Shown piece by piece: positions 55,015 to 64,000 of a stretch of DNA of 64,000 bases. A program made the position numbers and the translations under genes. The notes beneath the pieces were generated by a model. It was not told the origin of the DNA and did not search any database. It saw only the letters and a program-made list of their open reading frames with translations. Numbering within the stretch: position 1 is the stretch's first letter; each line of letters begins with the position of its first letter. This DNA is from Octopus vulgaris (taxonomy: Eukaryota): contig OX597821.1 of assembly GCA_951406725.2 (NCBI GenBank), forward strand, positions 74,338,001 to 74,402,000. The letters run 5' to 3'.

Positions 55015-55375
55015 TTTCCGCTCTAGGCACAAGGGCTGAAATTTTGAAGGAGGGGCCAGTTGATTAGATGGTGCTTAAATTATCGACCCCGCAAGGATGA
55101 AAGGCAAAGGTGACCTCGGCGGAATTTGAACGCAGAACATAAAGACAAGAAATACCCCCCTTCTTTATTGCCCACAGGGGGCTAAACACAGAGGGGACAA
55201 ACAAGGACACACACACGGATTAAGTCGATTACATCGACCAGTGTGTAACTGGTACTCATTTGATGGACCCCGAAAGGATGAAAGGCAAAGTCGACTTTGG
55301 CGGAATTTGAACTCAGAACGTAGCGGCAGACGTAGCATTTCGTCCGGCGCGCTAACGATTCTGCCAGCTCGCCAC
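55015..55375 (-). mobile_element. Dimeric SINE family A
   Basis: Same junction type at about 55150-55170. Confidence 0.8.
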
Positions 55376-55613
55376 TTTGTGTGTATTGTATAATGTTTGT
55401 GACTTTACGTCAGAATATGTACGTATGCAGGTAAAAAATTATGAATTATTTTAGCTGTGGCTGTGTGGTAAGAAGCTTACTTCCCAACTAACTATACGGT
55501 TCCCGGTTCAGTCCCACTGTGTTGCACCTTATCAAATGTCTTCTTCTATAGCCTCGGGCCGACCAAAGCCTTGTGGTTTGATTTGGTAGACGGAAACTGA
55601 AAGAAGCCCTTTG

Positions 55614-55648
<35 letters not shown>

Positions 55649-55992
55649 ATTTTTGTAACTGTGTAATCCATCACCACATGACAACCCGCGTTGGTTTGTT
55701 TACGTTCGCCTAATCCAGCGGTTCAGCAAAAGAGACGGATACAATAAGTGTTAGGTTTGAAACGAAAATAAGTACTAGGAATGATTAATTCGATTAAGGA
55801 TCATTCAAAGCGGTGCTCCAGCATGGTCACAGTCTTAACTGAAAGTAAAAGATTTACTTATCTTCAAATCTGTTTATTGTAATTACGATTTCTTAAACGG
55901 AATTTATTATTATTATTTTTGTGTGTTTGTGTGTGTAATCATCCTGTTTTGGTAATCCTACCTCTTCAAGACTGGTGCCAGGGCACGAATTC

Positions 55993-56505
55993 TTTTCCCC
56001 ACGAGAGTTCCGGACCCCGTTTATGAACTCATTTGTACACAGCCAATCAGAGCTCAACTGTCAATCTAACTTATGAGCGCATAACAAGTGATGGGTGAAG
56101 ATAAGGTCACATGGGTAAAGAAGGACCATGCTTCTTTTCTCTTTTAAGAATGCTTGTTGTTCTTGTTCTTGTTGCTACAATGGCTGCCTCTGTGTAGTTA
56201 TTTGTGTTGCTGTTTACTTTGTAAAACAGTAAGGGGAGAGGGCTTCTAGTACATAACCCTCTACCCACATTTTCTTCATCCACATCTTTACCATAAGGGG
56301 CCCTAACAAAATCCGATAATAAGTATAGATACAAATCTAATTACTCGTCTCTTTCTAAAATCAGGCGTAACATGGCGATCGGTCGACTTATAACACCGTT
56401 CTTCGTCTAGAGTGTGTTTGTTAACCTGACAACAAGGTCAAGGTGAGCTCTGACTGGATGTATGCAAATGAGTTCATTACTGGGGTCCGGAACTCTCGTG
56501 GAGAA
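55993..56505. mobile_element. MITE-like element with ~65 bp imperfect TIRs
   Basis: 'ccacgagagttccggacccc..atgaactcatttg..ccaatcagagctca' versus 'tgagctctgactgg..caaatgagttcat..ggggtccggaactctcgtgg'. Confidence 0.65.
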
Positions 56506-57374
56506 AAAATTTTCGCTGCCGGAGTAGTTAATCACTTCAACAGATGCGCTGATACCAGATATCAAAGATAAATCCTTTTTGTATACTTCGGGTGGGGAAC
56601 GTACGTAGGTGTGTAGTTAGAAAGGTGTTGCAGGGATAAATATCGGAACGAAGCTGGGGGCATTTCAGTGATCCATACATCAGGAATTGGACAGCTGGTA
56701 TGCAGGACACTCAGTGCCGTGCAGACTTGGCGACCCCTGCGTGTAGGCTCTTACATGCGTGAAGTACGCGCACATCTGTGTGTATTTTCTCTTTGCCTTG
56801 GTCATTAGACTGAGGCCATGCTGAAGCACCGCCTTCTGAATTTTTAGTGGAATCAATCGATCCCAGTCCTTATTCTTAAAGCCTGGTACTTATTCTATAG
56901 GTGCTCTTTTGCCGAACCGCTAAGTTATGAGGACGTAAATACACCAATATTGTTGACCAGCAGTGATGACGGAAAAAACACACTCACAGATATAGCTTCC
57001 GTCTATCAAACCCACTCACAATGTTTTGGTCGGCCCGAAGCCATAGTGGGAAACAATTGTCAAAAGTGTACCGCAGCGGGCCTGAACCCAGAACCTTGTG
57101 TTTGGGAATCAAACTTCTTATCACAAAGCCACGCCTGCGCCTATAAGACGTGGTACATAGTGAAACGAACTAAGAGAAATAACTGGACTCTTTTCATTAC
57201 ATATATGTTAAAGTCCTTTGGCTGCTGAAGATAAGAACGGACAATTGCCGTGCTGATGACACCTATTGAAGCAGAAACATGTTCGAACAACTTTCCTCTT
57301 CACTCCAAGCAATATGCCTGTCCTTTCTTTCCATGATTTGCTTATACAAATATATATATATATATATATATATA

Positions 57375-57552
57375 GGGAAAGTTTGCGAAAAAAACCAAAA
57401 GACGAAGACAGGTGGTGTACAAAACAAATAGATGTATTAGTATAACGCTCCAGAATAGAAAAAATCTTTTACGTTTCGAGCCTACGCTCGTCTACAGAAA
57501 GGTACACAGAAAAAACAAGGAGAGAAAAAAATGTGTGTAGTGGCTAACGATA
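57375..57552 (-). mobile_element. Hammerhead mini-element (family H1)
   Basis: Minus strand reads cttt-CTGTAGAc-gagc-gtag-gctc-GAAAcgTA-aaag (57466-57501). Both ends match 34771-34958. Confidence 0.7.
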
Positions 57553-57564
57553 AACATACATATA

Positions 57565-58323
57565 CAAGAGTTGCGGAATGGAGGAGGAAGAATCCTGGTT
57601 ACATATGTTTCATAGCAAGGTGAACCTCGGAAGTGGTAAAATCCAAGCAAGATGTATACTGCCGATTACTCTTCAGGTCAAGGATATCTTGATTAAATTA
57701 AAGGTTACACTGTCGCAAGGAGGTGTATGTTGACGCAAGGAAGATTCTATTACAATGTGTGGAGAGCATAGTATAAGAGGAGTATATATTTGTATATAAA
57801 TGTATATGTGTGTGAGTGTGTGTTTTTATATATAATACCACTTCCCTGCTAATTTCTGAGATTCGACTAAAAAACGCCCTTTGAATAACCCACAGCCAAA
57901 TAACTGTGCTTAAATTCCTCAAGCTAACTTGCTTTATTCATACAGACTTTTGTTTCTTCCCCGCGACTAAAAATATTTCCTCACCCTTTCCTCTCCAAAT
58001 TATCTTCTTTTCAAATACCACTCTTCTTACTAAATTCTATGATCCAGCCAAAACAACATCTATTATTTACTACCAGTCAACTGACCTTGCTTAAAGTCCT
58101 CCTTCCTCTCACTTCTTTATATTTTCTTCTTTCTTCCCGTCTTCTGATACTTATTTCTCCCTACATATATATACACATTATTTACATTATTTACAATTGA
58201 CGGATATTTGTCCTCATCTTTTTTGTTGTTAACACAATGCTTCTGTTGATATAAACTCCAGCCTTCATCAGGTGTCTTGGGGAAATTTCGAACCTGGGTT
58301 CTCATTCCTAAGGTATTTTTCGA

Positions 58324-58413
<90 letters not shown>

Positions 58414-58429
58414 TATTATTATTATTATA

Positions 58430-58497
<68 letters not shown>

Positions 58498-58853
58498 TAT
58501 TATCATCATCATTAATATTACTATTATTATTATTCAGGTCACTGCCTGGAATCGAACTCGGGATTTGGGGGATAGCAACCCACGCTCTTAACCACTACGC
58601 CATATGCCTGTGGGCATACTGTGCTCTCTATGCATTCCTATCGAATCTTCCTTGCGTCAACATACACCTCCTTGCGACAGTGTAACCTTTAATTTAATCA
58701 AGATATCCTTGGCCTCAAGAGTAGCCGGCGGTAGAAACCACACTTAGATTTTTACCACTTCCGAAATTCCACTCGCTATGAAACATATGTAACCAGGATC
58801 TTTCCTCTTCCTTTCCGCAACTCTTGCATTCTTATTCGCGCACCTGGCAACCC
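57565..58853. mobile_element. Fold-back/MITE element with ~185 bp inverted arms (57565-57748 / 58643-58827)
   Basis: The arms are reverse complements, with the inner ~65 bp near-perfect. The right end 'ctggcaaccct' resembles PIF/Harbinger termini. Confidence 0.65.
58173..58617 (-). mobile_element. tRNA-headed SINE-like element with (AAT)n linker and hammerhead-like tail
   Basis: A box tggcgtagtggtt and B box gagttcgattcc; then acac-CTGATGAa-ggctg..-gaagcatt-gtgt (58232-58275). Confidence 0.65.
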
Positions 58854-59061
58854 TGTTCGCCGATCGTGGAATTTAAAAAAAAAAAACTTTTCTCAGCTTA
58901 TCGTTCTTCGATACAAATAAAAATCCACAACATTCTCTCCCAATAAACCACAGTTGGCCCTGAAAGTTGTTTAATATTTACTACAGATTGCTCGAAGCTA
59001 TTTTTGTGTCTTACACCTCGATCCCTCGATCTTACACTTATAGAATATGTGTGTGTGTGCA

Positions 59062-59103
<42 letters not shown>

Positions 59104-59260
59104 GTACCGAGAAGTTGTGTTTATAAGAGATAATTGTGTCATTGAGACCCAAAGGTGTCAAGTGATGCTGAATAAGTGCTATAGACAGACCATAGTTAAG
59201 TTCCAGATTCGGTAATTTGCGAAGAAGAGGTTTAACGTTGGTTCTATGTCAGCGTGTGTG

Positions 59261-59408
59261 TATAAGAATTTTTTGCGTAATGAGATAAAAAAACCCATGG
59301 CTGTATAGATATTAGAGCATTTATAGATAGAAGATCTTACAACTAAAATCTATAAATGCTCTAATATCTATATAGCCTTGGTTTTTTTATCTTATTACGC
59401 AACAAATT

Positions 59409-59412
<4 letters not shown>
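59261..59412. mobile_element. Fold-back pair of PLE-type termini (family of 45965-46092)
   Basis: ~65-70 bp inverted arms, each running into TA/TG repeats. Confidence 0.7.
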
Positions 59413-59474
<62 letters not shown>

Positions 59475-59489
59475 AAGAGAGAGCCAATC

Positions 59490-59695
59490 CAAACTAGAAC
59501 AAGCAAGAAAAAACCAACGCGAGGATGTGGTACAAGTACTGAGTTATTGGACGCTTAGGAAAGGAAAGAAAAGAAAGAGGATTTCACGTTTCGGGCGGAG
59601 CTCTTTGTCAGAAATTTAGAAAAAGTCCAAAGAAGGGATGGCGGAGAAAGTAAATCGCCAACGATACACACGCGGTCACATATTGAAATGACCGT
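59490..59695 (-). mobile_element. Hammerhead mini-element (family H2)
   Basis: Minus strand reads attt-CTGACAAa-gagc-tcc-gccc-GAAAcgTG-aaat (59581-59615; decayed core). Confidence 0.6.
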
Positions 59696-60095
59696 AAGGA
59701 AATAGGTGAAGAAAAAGTTCTTTCTAAGGCATGAGAGTGCAAGAGAAGGAGGTATGTGTGTGTGTGTGTGAGGGTAAGTGCGTACGCGTAGGTTTGTGTG
59801 TGTGTGTAATGATAGCATGTGCATGTGCGTATGTGTGTGCGTGTGTGTGTGGTTGTGGCTGTTTATGCATGTGTGTGATTGGACTTTGTGTCGCTAATAA
59901 ATGCTCATCGACTCTCGGTCATAAAATATACATTCATGGAAGGCATACATACACCCGCACATATATAGCCGTCCCACTCATATATATATATATATATATA
60001 TAAAGGTTTATGTACAATTCTATCATCCTCTCTCTCTCTCCACCTCGATAAATCCTTTCTCCATTCAGCCAGAAGCACATCCTTTCCTGCATACA

Positions 60096-60123
<28 letters not shown>

Positions 60124-60126
<3 letters not shown>

Positions 60127-60355
60127 TTCTTTACTACCCACAGGGGGCTAAACATAGAGGAGACAAACAAGGACAGACAAAGGGATTGAGTCGATTACAT
60201 CGACCCCAGTACGTAACTGGTACTTAATTTATCGACCCCGAAAGGATGAAAGGCAAAGTCGACCTCGGCGGAATTTGAACCCAGAATGTAACGGCAGACG
60301 AAATATGGCTACGCATTTCGCCCGGCGCGCTAACGTTTCTGTCAGCTCGCCGCCT
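60124..60355 (-). mobile_element. SINE family A monomer
   Basis: Near-consensus copy. Confidence 0.9.
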
Positions 60356-60494
60356 ATAGACACACGTAACTGTTTACATTAACACACAAGTATTAGCATT
60401 ACGCGTGCAAATTTCGGTGTGTGTGTGGACGTGTATTTATCAAACAACCCCTAAATAAGCGATAAAATATTTTGATAAAATAGCGAATATATGC

Positions 60495-61945
<1,451 letters not shown>

Positions 61946-61987
61946 GTTACTATTTTTCTCAAAGCAAATAAAGCAAATAAAATATTA

Positions 61988-62572
61988 CTATTTTTCTACT
62001 CTAGGCACAAGGCCCGAAATTTTGGGAGAGGAGTTTAGTCGATTAGATCGACACCAGTACGCAACTGGTCCTTAATTTATCGAGCCCGAAAGAATGAAAA
62101 GCAAAGTCGCCATCGGCGGAATTTGAACTCAGAACGTAAAGACAGACGAAATACCTATTTCTTTACTACCCACAAGGGGCTAAACACAGAGAGGACAAAC
62201 AAGGACAGGCAAACGGTTTAAGTCGATTATATCGACCACAGTGCGTAACTGGTACTTTATTTATCGACCCCGAAAGGATGAAAGGCAAAGTCAACCTCGG
62301 CGGAATTTGAACTCAGAACGTAGCGGCAGACGAAATACTTATTTCTTTACTACCCACAAGGGGCTAAACACAGAGAGGACAAACAAGGACAGACAAACGG
62401 ATTAAGTCGATTATATCGACCGCAGTGCGTAACTGGTACTTTATTTACTCGACCCCGAAAGGATGAAAGGCAAAGTCAACCTCGGCGGAATTTGAACTCA
62501 GAACGTAGCGACAGACGAAATACCTCTAAGCATTTCGCCCGGCGTGCTAACGCTTCTGCCAGCTCGCCGCCT
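61988..62572 (-). mobile_element. Trimeric SINE family A
   Basis: Three core units with junctions at about 62155 and 62340; unit spacing is about 184 bp. Confidence 0.85.
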
Positions 62573-62869
62573 TTATTAAAATAAAATATTTAAGATGAAA
62601 GACCTGTGTGTGTGTGCGCGCACATGTATTCCTGTGAGCGCACACGCACACGTGTGTCTGTGTTGTGCAATATTGTTTGTCTGATTCTCTCTCTCCTCTC
62701 TCCATATGTTGTATGTCTGGCGGTGCTCATCCGTTGGCGCACTTGTGCTGTGCGCGCGCGTGCGTGCGAGTAAAATACAGAGGGAGAATGTGCTTGTAAT
62801 GTGCGCATGTAAAAAAGCGATTTAGCCTTTCTTTTGCATCTATCTACATGTGCGTCAGATTGCTGAAAT

Positions 62870-63445
<576 letters not shown>

Positions 63446-64000
63446 CTAGTTCTATCCATACCCATACCCGTTATCTACCCGACAAGCAATATATGTATGT
63501 TTATTTATCATATCCACACACACACTCACCCACGAAACGTATCTGTTTGTGTATTTGCAATACAAGCACGTGCTATATCTATATGAAAGCATAACATCTA
63601 CTCGCAAGGCCCTACATGGTCGTCTGAAAAGCTAGAAATACCAGTCCACTCTTCCACAAAATAAGCTGGGGTTAAACGACCAGATCACAAAATAGAATGG
63701 GACAGAATAGAGAGGAAATTGTGCTAGAAGATGGTTAATACATGTTTCCGCATCGAGTGTTTACATCACACTGTCCAGGGTTCGAAACTCATCAGAGTCA
63801 ATATAAACACCTACACAAAAAGAAAAAAAAAATGAAGTCTGTTAATCAAAGATGAAATCTCATCAATGAGAAATAGATTTAAGTCGAATCGAAATCATCA
63901 TCATCATCTCTCTCTCTCTCTATCTCTTCCGCTCTCTCGTTCTCTGAAAATGAATACATACATTCATTTATAAATGCATACATGCATGCATATATACACA

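Noticed and set aside
58535-58603. tRNA gene (also the heads at 1470, 31060-31113 and 46980)
   Set aside because: A and B boxes are present, but there is no complete cloverleaf or acceptor stem, and they continue into repeat bodies; these are SINE heads.
61988-62572. CRISPR-like or satellite array
   Set aside because: The units are SINE cores with no unique spacers, and the context is eukaryotic.

Overview
AT-rich, microsatellite-saturated eukaryotic DNA, probably intergenic or intronic. The SINE families and repeat landscape suggest a cephalopod (Octopus-like) genome; this is an inference. No host gene can be called with confidence, and most ORFs in the supplied track are translations of microsatellites. 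The centrepiece is a near-complete 5.3 kb Penelope-like retroelement (PLE) at about 21689-27028 (+), inserted in (TA)n. It has ~1.45 kb direct pseudo-LTRs, an upstream coiled-coil/basic ORF1 overlapping the RT frame at an in-frame U_UUU_UUA slippery heptamer, a Cys-rich linker with GIY-YIG endonuclease, and a minimal hammerhead ribozyme carrying a U3-A8 core variant. About 17 hammerhead-like motifs occur across the window. They lie in fold-back PLE termini, in ~200 bp non-coding mini-elements embedded in (TA)n, and in a tRNA-headed SINE. The rest comprises four tRNA-derived SINE families (some multimeric), RLE-LINE, RTE, mariner/Tc1 and older PLE relics, several MITEs and a 155 bp fold-back hairpin. 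Coordinates of degenerate repeats are approximate.
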